Below, one piece after another: positions 1 through 9,252 of a stretch of 59,179 bases of DNA. Source of the DNA: a virus (lineage: Duplodnaviria; Caudoviricetes); the IMG/VR virus record IMGVR_UViG_3300021560_000020, positions 1 through 59,179 of that record. One strand, 5' to 3'. The notes under the pieces are model-generated. The model saw only the letters and a list, made by a program, of their open reading frames with translations. It was not told the DNA's origin and searched no databases. The position numbers and the translations under genes are program-made. Every line of letters starts with the position of its first letter. Position 1 is the stretch's first letter.

Positions 1-11
1 ACTTCATGGGA

Positions 12-61
12 GAAAATACCATGTTCGACAAGCTGCGCACGCTGTAATTCGCCTTTGCCGG
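12..61 (+). repeat. Degenerate copy of the 5' end of the holin-like gene (matches about 1797-1846)
   Basis: gaaaataccATGttcgacaagctgcgcacgc-tgt-aattcgcctttgccgg versus gaaaataccATGttcgacaagctgcgcacgc-cac-aattcgcctttgccgg at 1797. This copy has a premature TAA. Confidence 0.9.
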
Positions 62-88
62 TTCGGTAGCGCAGGTCCAACTGGGGAG

Positions 89-181
89 TGTAATAACGGC
101 GGCGCCGAGGGTGGCACCTGTGTGGCCGGTGGTTCCGGCATGATCGTCATGCGCCTGAACGGGGTGAACAAATGCTTTTGA
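89..181 (+). pseudogene. Orphan 3' end of a tailspike-like paralog (CNNGGAEGGTCVAGGSGMIVMRLNGVNKCF*)
   Basis: Aligns with the C-terminus of 56061-58958 (CANGGTEGGSCVGSGSGQFVLRANGFYKCF*). Upstream sequence is the holin-like copy rather than tailspike sequence. Confidence 0.75.
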
Positions 182-1698
182 AGCGTTGGCTTGTGCTCCT
201 GCTCTGTCTGTGGCCGCTCGCAGCTTACGCGGAGATCGGCGGTCAGGCGGGCATCGGCGGCTATTCGGGTATGGTGGGAATAACCGGCAATCAGGGCAAT
301 GGCTCAGATGCGATTAATCACGTCAATGCGCTGAACTTTATCGATGTTACCACCTACAACGCGGTGTGCGATGGGGTGCATGACGACGCGCCCAATATAA
401 TCGCAGCAGTTACGGCGGCGGCTGGAACCGGCAAGACTGTGCTGTTTCCTGGCGGTAAGACTTGCGCAGCTTCTCAACTGAATTTCACCGGCTTTAGTGG
501 AATGAACATCGCCGGTGCTGGCAACGTGCAAGGTGGAGCGGTCGGCAGTACGCTATTGATAACTGGTTCAGGTGGTGGGGCATGCACCGGAGGCGTAAAC
601 GGCGGAATCATTTTTGGAGCTGGTACATGGGCGATCAAGGTTCATGACCTGAACATCAGTTTCAGCAACACCGCGCTGGATTGTCTGGTTAACATCGGCC
701 ACGCCAATGGTGTTGGCCTCGATCCGCAGCGTATCGAGTTTTCAAACGTGACGTTCGGCTCAAGTGGCGGCATTATCGGGACGACTACGAAGGCGGTGTT
801 CGTGGACAATGCCATCGTGCTGGATTTTAACCATAACTTATTCGATAATCAGAGTCCGTTCGGCCATTTCCAATACGGAATCTACGAACCAACTGGGGCG
901 GGCCATTATTGGACGACCTCGGTCGTTGGTCCACTGAATCAGTTTCAGGTTCTTGCCACCACTACGAACTATCAGGTTACGTTGGGCACCGGCGTACAGA
1001 CCGTAACCTTCCGGGATAACAACTTCGAGACTGGTCCTAATGGCATCGAGTGTGGCCTAGCGGCAGCTAATGGCGTGAGCGTCATGAACAACATCTTTCA
1101 GGACGCAATCACTACTGCTAGTGGGACGTGGGTTCATTGTTCCGATTCGGGCGGCAAGTTTACCGGCAACAGCATCTTCAAGGCTAGCAAGGGGATTCAG
1201 ATAGTTGCGGGCACGGTTGAAATCAGCGGCAATATCATCGGACAGCAGGGAGTGGCAGGGGTGCAGGAAGCTGGGACCGGCATTGCAATCAGGGGTAATC
1301 TGTTTCAAGGCAGCGCTACGGCGTCAGAAGTGGCGATTCTGTCGCAGGGAACTGGCACCTTAATCGGGTCGAATCGGTATGGAAGCGTAGCGGGCGCGAT
1401 TACCCACTCAATTCAACTAAATCCAGGGTCGAGCGGTTTTCTAGTGCTCGATACTGATGCGTTCAATGATCAATCGACCAGTGGCATCGTGAACTCGGCC
1501 AGCGTGGGAGCATGGACCATCGATCAGGAAAACGCGAGCGGCACCGTTGCCGGTTTTATTTGTGATGCGGCGCACGCTTCGTCGCGCGGAACAGTAGGTG
1601 ATTCGACGTCAGTGGCGGCAGAAGGTCAGCCCTGCGTAGGCGGTTCGAATAACAATGCGTTGGTTTACTGCACCGGCAGTGTAAAGAAATGTTTTTGA
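172..1698 (+). CDS. Signal-peptide-bearing beta-helix (pectate-lyase-like) tailspike/depolymerase-like protein
   Basis: N-terminal Sec signal ending AYA; YNAVCDGVHDDAPNIIAAV...TVLFPGG pectate_lyase_3-like cap; parallel beta-helix-type repeats (I.GN.F/I); C-terminal ...KCF. Confidence 0.75.
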   Translation: MLLKRWLVLLLCLWPLAAYAEIGGQAGIGGYSGMVGITGNQGNGSDAINHVNALNFIDVTTYNAVCDGVHDDAPNIIAAVTAAAGTGKTVLFPGGKTCAASQLNFTGFSGMNIAGAGNVQGGAVGSTLLITGSGGGACTGGVNGGIIFGAGTWAIKVHDLNISFSNTALDCLVNIGHANGVGLDPQRIEFSNVTFGSSGGIIGTTTKAVFVDNAIVLDFNHNLFDNQSPFGHFQYGIYEPTGAGHYWTTSVVGPLNQFQVLATTTNYQVTLGTGVQTVTFRDNNFETGPNGIECGLAAANGVSVMNNIFQDAITTASGTWVHCSDSGGKFTGNSIFKASKGIQIVAGTVEISGNIIGQQGVAGVQEAGTGIAIRGNLFQGSATASEVAILSQGTGTLIGSNRYGSVAGAITHSIQLNPGSSGFLVLDTDAFNDQSTSGIVNSASVGAWTIDQENASGTVAGFICDAAHASSRGTVGDSTSVAAEGQPCVGGSNNNALVYCTGSVKKCF

Positions 1699-1805
1699 AA
1701 CCGACATTCGACCGTTGCGCCGACGGCCAGTTCGGCCTCGGTCTCGGCGATCCGGAGTGAAAGTGTGGGTGCCGGGATGGAAATAACTTGAGGAGCGAAA
1801 ATACC

Positions 1806-2066
1806 ATGTTCGACAAGCTGCGCACGCCACAATTCGCCTTTGCCGGGTTGGTGGTAACACTGACCTTCATCCTCGATCTGCTGGCCTTCTTCTATCCGCT
1901 CCAGATCGCGCCCGACATGCTGGTCATGGTGCTCTCGATCTTCAACTCCATCGGGCTGGTCGGCGCGATCCAGTTCGTGCTCGGCAGCAGCGCCGGGAGC
2001 AAGGACAAGGACGGCTTTCTGCAAAGCCTGCGCGACAAGAACGGACTGACGCGGCCGGGACAATGA
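1806..2066 (+). CDS. Putative holin (2 TM)
   Basis: GAGGAG RBS; two hydrophobic helices; FVLGSSAGSKDKD resembles the FGSS.GS..K motif of phage holin-like proteins. Confidence 0.65.
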   Translation: MFDKLRTPQFAFAGLVVTLTFILDLLAFFYPLQIAPDMLVMVLSIFNSIGLVGAIQFVLGSSAGSKDKDGFLQSLRDKNGLTRPGQ

Positions 2067-2149
2067 GCCGTTGGGACGCCACCCTGGCCGTGGCGGTCAC
2101 CGGGCTGCTCCTGCTGCTGCTGCTGGTCGCCGCGTGGTGGACGCGCTGA
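2063..2149 (+). CDS. Small single-TM protein (MSRWDATLAVAVTGLLLLLLVAAWWTR)
   Basis: ATGA overlap with the holin stop; one hydrophobic helix; below the ORF-track cutoff. Confidence 0.4.
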   Translation: MSRWDATLAVAVTGLLLLLLLVAAWWTR

Positions 2150-2352
2150 GGCTGGCGGTGCTGCTGGTGCTGCTCGCGGCAGCGGGCTGCTGCCTCGCGT
2201 TCGAGCGGGGCCGCTGCGACCTTGGCCCGGAAGTGCCGGTGGTGGAGACGGCTCCGGCCCCGGCTCCGGCTCCCGTTCCGGATCAGGATCACCAGAGCAA
2301 CAACGATCTGGACAAGCGGAAGGGTAACTACTCAGTTGCTAATCGGCTATAG
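2137..2352 (+). CDS. Small Pro-rich lipoprotein, possible spanin component
   Basis: GTG start within ORF 2071-2352; hydrophobic stretch ending in lipobox-like LAAAGC, then APAPAP. Confidence 0.4.
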   Translation: MDALRLAVLLVLLAAAGCCLAFERGRCDLGPEVPVVETAPAPAPAPVPDQDHQSNNDLDKRKGNYSVANRL

Positions 2353-2359
2353 TAGCCAG

Positions 2360-3049
2360 ATGGATGCAGGAAAAAACAGCCGTAGAATCGATCTCGACGG
2401 GCAGCACTTTGGACGTTGGACGGTTATGCGATTTGGCGAAGTCCGCCACCGGCAGGCATATTGGCGATGTTGCTGTGAGTGTGGTGCTGAACGATTAGTT
2501 CGAGGTAAAGAACTGCGCAACGGCCATAGTCGAAGCTGCGGGTGCTTACAGCGTGAAACCGCAATCATACATGGCGATGCACGCGGCGGCAAAATCTCTG
2601 CCGAATATGGAAGTTGGCACGGCATGTTGGATCGCTGCCTTAACCCGAGATCGAAAGATTATCCCCGCTATGGCGGTCGCGGAATTACGGTCTGTGATGC
2701 ATGGCGTTTCGGTGTCCACGACTTATCCGGATTCGAGGTTTTTCTCGCGGACATGGGACGCAAGCCGAGTCCGCAGCATAGTATAGACCGCTATCCCGAT
2801 CGGGGTGGCGGATACAGACCGGACAACTGCCGATGGGCGACCCCAGTTCAGCAGGCGATCAACCGGGCCAATACCACATGGGTGAAAGTTGGCCGCAAAA
2901 GACAACCGATAACGCGGGCCCTCGCGCAGATTCCAAACGGCCGCGAGCGATTTTGGCAATGGGTAAAACGTGCTGATCTATCGCCGCAGCAAGCCTACGA
3001 ACGGGTTATCGAACGTGCGGCTCGCGGAGCAAGGCAGGGGCAACAATAA
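2360..3049 (+). CDS. HNH-type homing-endonuclease-like protein
   Basis: DL.G..FGRW, W.C.C.CG, SCGC, RC.NP....Y..YGGRGI.VC..W and SIDR...G.Y.P.NCRWAT motifs. Confidence 0.85.
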   Translation: MDAGKNSRRIDLDGQHFGRWTVMRFGEVRHRQAYWRCCCECGAERLVRGKELRNGHSRSCGCLQRETAIIHGDARGGKISAEYGSWHGMLDRCLNPRSKDYPRYGGRGITVCDAWRFGVHDLSGFEVFLADMGRKPSPQHSIDRYPDRGGGYRPDNCRWATPVQQAINRANTTWVKVGRKRQPITRALAQIPNGRERFWQWVKRADLSPQQAYERVIERAARGARQGQQ

Positions 3050-4886
3050 TGGCCGACGTATATGATGCCTATGGGCGCCCCGTAGTTTTCGAGGCGCTAA
3101 AAGAACAGCAGGCCCAACCCACTCTCGTAGGCATCCGCAACATCTATTCGATCATCGACGACTCCATCGGCCTGACGCCGGAGAAGGTGGTCAACATCCT
3201 GCGCACCGCCGAGTACGGCGATCCGTGGCTGTATCTCGAACTGGCCGAGCGCATGGAGGAGAAGGATCAGCTCTATCAGGGCATTCTCCACACCCGCAAA
3301 ATGGCGGTCTCGCAACTGGAGATTGACGTGGCCTCGGCCGGGGATGACGAGCAGTCCACCGCCGACGCCGCGTTCGTGCGCGACATCATCATCAACTCCA
3401 ACCGCTGGGATATTCACGAAGTCGTCTACGAGATGCTGGACTCGCTCGGCAAGGGCTTTAGCTGCACCGAGATCATCTGGGATCTGGACGGCACCAATCT
3501 GGAGACCGGGGCGCCGGTCTGGTTGCCCTTCGAACTGAAATGGCGCGATCCGCGCTGGTTCATGTTCGACTGGATTTCCGGCGAGCAGCTGCTGGTCCGC
3601 AGCCTGCGCACCGACGGCCCGCAACTGCCGGTCGGGCGGGAGACCTGGGACTACCGGCTCAATCCGATGAACTTCCGGCTGCGCGCCGATAACGGCGTCC
3701 AGATCGGGATTCAGCCGGCCACTGAACCGCTGGCCCCGTTCAAGTTCATTACCCACATCACCCGCGCCAAGGCCGGTCTGCCGATTCGCGGAGGTCTGGC
3801 CCGCATCGCCATCTGGACCTACCTGTTCAAGAACTACGTACTGAAGGACTGGGTGGTGTTCGCCGAGGTCTACGGACAGCCGCTGCGCCTGGGCAAGTAC
3901 GGCGCGGGCGCGACCGAGAGCGACAAGAACGCGCTGCTCCGGGCGGTGGCCAATATCGGCACCGATGCCGCCGCCATCATCCCCTCCAGCATGGCCATCG
4001 AGTTCGTCGAGTCCAAGGGCGGCGGCCAGCGCTCGCACGAGATGTACGAGAAGTTCTGCGAATATCTGGACAAGCTCCTGACCATCGGCATTCTCGGCCA
4101 GGAACTCACCACGCAGCTGCCGCGCGGGGCCGGATCGCGGGCTGCCGCCGAGGTCCATGACGTGGTGCGCCGCGACATTGCGACCGACGATGCCCGCCGG
4201 GTGGCGGCTTCGCTCAACCGCGATCTGGTCAAGCCGCTCATCGATCTTAACCGCGGGCCGCGCCGCCGCTATCCCGAGATCACCATCGGCTACAAGGAGG
4301 AAACCGACCTGGTGGCACTGGCCGAGTCGATTGGGCCGTTCGTGGATCGCGGTATGCGGGTCGAGGACAAGTGGATTCGGGACAAGTTCAATATTCCTGA
4401 CCCCGCCCCGCAGGCCGTGCTGCTGCATCCCGCCGCCCGCATCAGCGAACAACAGACCGGCGGAAACGGCCCAGGAAGCTCGCTCGCCCCGCCGGATGAT
4501 GGATCACCCGTACCTCCCCCGAAACATCGCCTAGAATCGACCCCCGCGCCAGCCAGCGCTATTGCCGACAGCCCGCTTGGCCCCGCTTTCACGGATATAG
4601 ACGGAAAAAATACCCCGGCCTTGATGGCGGCCCGCAAAAAGACCGAGGACGCGGTGGAATGGTTCGCTGCCGCGCTGCTCGAAGATGAGGCGACCGCCGC
4701 GGCAATGGTCGAGCCGGTGCTCGAGCCGGTAAAAAAAAACTTGAAACGGCGCACTCCTACCACGAACTCAACGCGATGATCCCGCATTGCGCCGCGCTCA
4801 TCGACCTCAAGCCGTTTACCGAACTGGTGGCCCGCAGCAATTTCGTGGCGCACTTGAACGGCCGCCTCAGACGGCCGCTAAGATAG
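3049..4886 (+). CDS. Portal protein (Mu gp29 / DUF935 family); 0-frame stops at 4779, conserved C-terminus in the -1 frame to 4886
   Basis: MEEKD, KGFS..EIIW, W..FAEVYGQPLRLGKY, DAAAIIP..M.IEF, ILGQ.LT, AEVH.VR motifs; A9 run at 4731-4739. Confidence 0.92.
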
Positions 4887-4892
4887 ACGGCT

Positions 4893-5141
4893 ATGAACGT
4901 CAAGCAAAAAGCCATGCTCGATCTAATCTGGACGATGGTGGTTAGTGCGGTTGAGCGCTTCCCCGACCTCAACGTGATTCCCTTCGTCATGGTGACGGAG
5001 GCGCGGGGCCTGCATCTGCTCCAGCCGGACGATTTGCCGGACGGGATGAGGGTACGGGCGGTAGAGTGGGAGGACGGCACGCGCAATGAAGTTGAAAGCA
5101 TCAGCCGCAACCGGATTACGCTCAAGTCTCCGCAGACCTGA
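4893..5141 (+). CDS. Hypothetical protein (possibly the true 5' part of the next gene)
   Basis: ATG 7 nt after the extended portal stop; overlaps the next ORF. Confidence 0.45.
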   Translation: MNVKQKAMLDLIWTMVVSAVERFPDLNVIPFVMVTEARGLHLLQPDDLPDGMRVRAVEWEDGTRNEVESISRNRITLKSPQT

Positions 5142-6519
5142 AAACAAGGGCAATCCGTCCGCGATCGGGCCGACCCTCGACCTGACCGGAGGCAGTACCG
5201 AGTTCCGCCGTCGGGTGCGCGAAGCACTGGGCGAGCTGCGGCCCGTGGTCCTGCGCCTGCTCAAGGGCTGGACCATCTCGACGCTGGCCCGTTCGGAGGG
5301 CGACTGGTGCGGCCAGACCAATGCCGCCGAGCGGACCATCAAGCTGGCCGAGACCTGGCAGAGCGGCGAGCTTAACGTCAACGTCAATCAGGTGCTCCGC
5401 CACGAAGTCTGCCACGCCATCGAAGCACTCGTCATCGAACGTATCCCCCGCTGGTGGAAGGTCTGGACCCGCGCGTGGCGCATCGATACCGGCGAGCGTG
5501 AACTGGCCCTGCGCTCGTTCGGCTTCGACTATCTGCTCAAGAGCGAGGCGGAGGCGTTCGGCGAACTAGGCAGCTATCAAATCCGCCATCCGTCCGATCC
5601 CGACGACCGCCGCTATGATTTTCTCAGCCAGTTATTGCCGCGTCTGACGGTCATGCTGCGGACCTTGTTCGGGCAGTTGGAAATGACCTTCAAGCAGACG
5701 CTCGCCAGCCGCCAGCGCGCCTTGATGGCGGGCGCCACCGGCAGCAGTCCCGACGACTTTCTGTTCGAAGCCATCGAACCCCGGCAGGCGGTGGAGTTCT
5801 TCGAGCGCAAGGGCTACAGGCTTTCCTGGTCGTGGCGCGATACCTGGCAGGCCGAACACGCCCGCGCCTTTACCGTGGCTAAAATGATGGCGCTCGGCCT
5901 CTTAACCGATGTGCGCGAGCAGGTCCAGCGGGCGATCAAGGAAGGCATCGCCTTCGAGGATTTCCGCGACGCGCTTGAGCCGCTAATGAAAAGCGCGGGC
6001 TGGTGGGGCAGGCAGCCCATGACCGATCCCCTGACCGGCGAAACCAGGGAGGTGCAGCTCGGCAGCTATCCCCGCCTCGAACTCATCTACGACACCAATC
6101 TGCGCACTAGCTATGCCGCCGGCCAGTGGCAGGATATTCAGGAGGCCAAGGAGGAGTTACCCTTCCTACGCTATATCGATCCCGATCCCAATCCGCGCCC
6201 CGACCATTTGGACTGGAGCAACGCGCCGACCATCCTGCCGGTGGACGATGCGTGGTGGTCAACCCACTACCCGCCCAACGGCTTCAACTGCAAGTGCTAC
6301 GTGGACCAGATGGCGCCGACTGACCTGGAGGATCGCGGCTACACGCCGAGCGAGAGTGCGCCGCCCGGAGCGGCCGACGAGGGCTGGAACTACAATGTCG
6401 GCATGGCGGGAGTGGAGTATTCGACCGAACTGGCCTGGCACAAGACCATGACCAGTGCCGACTCCGATATTGTGCACGCGCTCAACCGGCTCGAACCGCC
6501 CAAACGGAGACGGCCATGA
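5086..6519 (+). CDS. MuF (Mu gp30 / SPP1 gp7-like) head morphogenesis protein with N-terminal HExxH domain
   Basis: AFTVAK, GWWG, RLELIYDTNLRTSYAAGQW, RPDH, WWSTHYPPNGFNCKC; upstream HEVCH...EAFGE. Start codon uncertain. Confidence 0.9.
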   Translation: MKLKASAATGLRSSLRRPENKGNPSAIGPTLDLTGGSTEFRRRVREALGELRPVVLRLLKGWTISTLARSEGDWCGQTNAAERTIKLAETWQSGELNVNVNQVLRHEVCHAIEALVIERIPRWWKVWTRAWRIDTGERELALRSFGFDYLLKSEAEAFGELGSYQIRHPSDPDDRRYDFLSQLLPRLTVMLRTLFGQLEMTFKQTLASRQRALMAGATGSSPDDFLFEAIEPRQAVEFFERKGYRLSWSWRDTWQAEHARAFTVAKMMALGLLTDVREQVQRAIKEGIAFEDFRDALEPLMKSAGWWGRQPMTDPLTGETREVQLGSYPRLELIYDTNLRTSYAAGQWQDIQEAKEELPFLRYIDPDPNPRPDHLDWSNAPTILPVDDAWWSTHYPPNGFNCKCYVDQMAPTDLEDRGYTPSESAPPGAADEGWNYNVGMAGVEYSTELAWHKTMTSADSDIVHALNRLEPPKRRRP

Positions 6520-6764
6520 CCTACGACAGCTGTGAAATCTGCGGCCGGGAAATTGCCGAACTCCGCTGGTTCGCCCGCATCATGCGCCGCGCCGCCGTGG
6601 CCGACGGTCAGCCCGATCCGGGCACGGTCTGTCCGACCTGCCAGTGCCGCCGCGCGATCGTGCTGGACCAGGCCTGCTTCGTGCGTCTCCGTCAGGAGTC
6701 TGTGCTCGACGAGGACATTGCGGCGCGAGCCCTGCCCAACGGCAAGGTGTCCGCGCCGACCTAA
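6516..6764 (+). CDS. Small Zn-ribbon protein
   Basis: ATGA overlap; CxxC...CxxC. Confidence 0.55.
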   Translation: MTYDSCEICGREIAELRWFARIMRRAAVADGQPDPGTVCPTCQCRRAIVLDQACFVRLRQESVLDEDIAARALPNGKVSAPT

Positions 6765-7315
6765 TCCTCCGTCCGCCGTCCGAACAACGACGCCTGCACC
6801 GCGGCCTCCTGCGGCAACCGGCCCGCCTCATCGCGCATCCCGACCCACGGATGGACCTCGACCTCCACCCGCGGCCGCTCATCGAACCACTTGTCCACCC
6901 ACAGCCGCACGATCTGCCGGTCGTCGCGCAGCACGATGCCGGTCAGGCAGGCGTCATTGACCGCCTTGGCCAGATTGTCGCAGTCCTGGCGCAGCGGACG
7001 CTCGATCCCCGACAACATGCGCTCGCGGCGCTTCTTGGAGGCGCTCAGCGGCAGCGCACTGTAGACCCGGATGGACACCGTGACCGCGTCCTCCATCAGC
7101 GGCAGCTTGTGCTCATTAACGTAGGTCGCGGCCATCCCGCGGGCGTAGTCGCGCCACTTCCGGTAAGCCGGTTCATCGCGCACCCGAATAGCCATTCGTC
7201 CATTGCTCAGCGGCCGGTTGCTCAGCAGCTTGTGATAGGTGGCCGGTGTGCCTGGGATGACCAGACGCACCGACCACGCTGGCGCAGGAGTACTCGTTTG
7301 ACCGGCTTTCTTCAC
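6761..7315 (-). CDS. rusA: RusA-family Holliday junction resolvase
   Basis: DCDNLAKAVNDACLTGIVLRDDRQIV and PRVEVEV signature. Confidence 0.9.
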   Translation of the reverse strand: MKKAGQTSTPAPAWSVRLVIPGTPATYHKLLSNRPLSNGRMAIRVRDEPAYRKWRDYARGMAATYVNEHKLPLMEDAVTVSIRVYSALPLSASKKRRERMLSGIERPLRQDCDNLAKAVNDACLTGIVLRDDRQIVRLWVDKWFDERPRVEVEVHPWVGMRDEAGRLPQEAAVQASLFGRRTED

Positions 7316-7650
7316 AGCGGATCGAGACCGTAGACCAGACAGTCATTCAGCCATTGTCGAAGCGCGGCCGACGTCTTGATCTCCCCAATCGAAGTACGCA
7401 GCATAGCTAAGGCCGCGCGATCAGACTCGTCCATGAAAGGCTTGGCCTCCCAACACGGCGCCCGGACGTAGTATTCGCAGTAGCCGCGCACCAACTCGAA
7501 GTGCTCCGGAGTCAGCGGCCCGCCTTTGAAAAAGGCCAGCACCGCGTCCGTCAGTTTGCCGGAAATCTCGTCCGCCCAGTTGAGCGGTCCCGGCGGCATC
7601 GACGGAATCCTCAGCACCTTGTGATAGGGCACCTTGCTCCAATCGACCAT
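7312..7650 (-). CDS. Hypothetical protein
   Basis: GAGG RBS before MVDWSK; coupled to rusA. Confidence 0.65.
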   Translation of the reverse strand: MVDWSKVPYHKVLRIPSMPPGPLNWADEISGKLTDAVLAFFKGGPLTPEHFELVRGYCEYYVRAPCWEAKPFMDESDRAALAMLRTSIGEIKTSAALRQWLNDCLVYGLDPL

Positions 7651-7660
7651 GCTGCTTGCC

Positions 7661-7984
7661 TCACCAGTCGTATTGCCGGACTTGCTTGATGGAAGACAGC
7701 ACCTCGGCTTCCCACGGCTCATAGCCCCGCCCCGCACTATCTATCCAGTAGGAATAACAGCAGACGCTATCGCCCTGGCGCAGAACCGCGCCGCACCAGT
7801 CGCAATACAACTGGGTCGGCTGACTCCGGTAAAGTTCAATACCAGTACTCAGGTCGGTTACGGTCACGTCGCCGGACGGCCGGGAAACCGCGAGCGTGCC
7901 CCATTTCCACAGGCTGTGGCCGCGGAGCTCCGCGGTCTCCGGTTTCAGTTCGCTGCACTTCTGACAGATCAAGTGGCGGATCAT
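7661..7984 (-). CDS. Hypothetical Zn-binding protein
   Basis: CQKC and CDWC motifs; overlaps the upstream stop. Confidence 0.65.
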   Translation of the reverse strand: MIRHLICQKCSELKPETAELRGHSLWKWGTLAVSRPSGDVTVTDLSTGIELYRSQPTQLYCDWCGAVLRQGDSVCCYSYWIDSAGRGYEPWEAEVLSSIKQVRQYDW

Positions 7985-9252
7985 TTGCCGCGCATCCCTC
8001 CCAGGGTTTCGAAGAACAGGTCCAGTTCGCGCTGGTTCCTCAGGTCGCGCGGCGTGGTGTAGCCGGGGATCGCCACCATCAGCGCCTTGGTCTTGGTCGA
8101 GGACCGGCCCTTGGCGGTACGGAAATACTCGCTGGCCCGCTTGCGGTCGTCCTCCGTCAGCGGGGCGTTTTCGTCATTGGCCGCCTCCACGGCAGGCGTG
8201 GTCGGAGCTACGGCAGGAGCACTACCGCCCGCTTCCGGCTCGCTCGCGGTTTCCGCCTTGGCTGTGGTCGGTGACGGGGTGGACGAGACGTCAGCAGCAC
8301 CAGTTGCCGCTCCGGCAGGAGAGGAAGATGGATTACTCTCCCGCGCGGAGTGCGTCTCGTCCGGGGAGGAGTCTACCGGCTTGGACTGATCCTCGGCTAG
8401 CTCGGTATCGTCCAGACCCGAGCGCATATCCCGCTTGACCTCCTCGTCGGTCTTTTCCTTGCCCTTGCGCCAGTCGGCCATGATGGTCGTCCAGGTAGTG
8501 CCGGACTGTTCGCGGATCGAACTGCGCATACCGGCCAGCAGATAGAGATCGTCGAGCGTCATGTCGGAGATACTCTTGCGCTCCAGAATATCGAGCATCT
8601 CTTCGAGGCTGGCGCCGACTTCCTTCATCCGTTCGATCATGCGGTCGCGGCGCGCGGCCAGGGTCAGCGCCTTGCCCAGGCTGACCTTCTTGATTTCCTC
8701 CAGGGGCCGTTTCAGCAGAGCGATGGGAATAACCTTGAAGATCGCGTTGCGCAGGGCAATCGCGATGGCCGCGTTGCTGGTGACGATGAGCATGTCGTCG
8801 CCATAGCGCCGCCCGAAGCGATCGGTGATGCGGCGCGGGGTTTCCATGCCGACCTTGTAGTTGCTCTCCAAGTCCCAGCACATGCCCTGGCCGATGACGT
8901 GCTGGTCCTCGAAGCGGCCGAACCTGCCCGCGGCGTGAACATTGCGCCAGTTGGCCAGCGCGATCTCGGCCGCACGGATCGAAGCTCCGCTAATCACCTT
9001 GATGTGCCCGTCCCGCTCGCGCCGCTTGAGCGCGTAGAAGCACGACTCGGCAGTATCCTCGTCCACCGAGCCGAACATCACGACTTCCCTCTGGAACTGG
9101 TCGATGCCGCGCCGCGCCGACCAGCGCGGATACTGGCGGGCAACCCGAATCTGCTGTTCGATCTCCGCTATCGAGCTCCGGTCGAGCGCCCGCTCGGCCG
9201 GAATCTCCTCAGTCTCGACTTCCCCTTCAAGGGGATTTCCGTTACTTGCCAT
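7981..9252 (-). CDS. Putative single-strand annealing/recombination protein
   Basis: Conserved-looking N-terminal domain (A..YPR, CFY, GASIR.AE....W.N) plus a long disordered tail; lies between an exonuclease and RusA; GGAGAT RBS. Confidence 0.5.
   Translation of the reverse strand: MASNGNPLEGEVETEEIPAERALDRSSIAEIEQQIRVARQYPRWSARRGIDQFQREVVMFGSVDEDTAESCFYALKRRERDGHIKVISGASIRAAEIALANWRNVHAAGRFGRFEDQHVIGQGMCWDLESNYKVGMETPRRITDRFGRRYGDDMLIVTSNAAIAIALRNAIFKVIPIALLKRPLEEIKKVSLGKALTLAARRDRMIERMKEVGASLEEMLDILERKSISDMTLDDLYLLAGMRSSIREQSGTTWTTIMADWRKGKEKTDEEVKRDMRSGLDDTELAEDQSKPVDSSPDETHSARESNPSSSPAGAATGAADVSSTPSPTTAKAETASEPEAGGSAPAVAPTTPAVEAANDENAPLTEDDRKRASEYFRTAKGRSSTKTKALMVAIPGYTTPRDLRNQRELDLFFETLGGMRGK

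Noticed and set aside
3097-4452. Long antisense ORFs (also 19862-20530, 41605-42816, 46704-47870 and others)
   Set aside because: Shadow frames of high-GC coding genes with no motifs or RBS.
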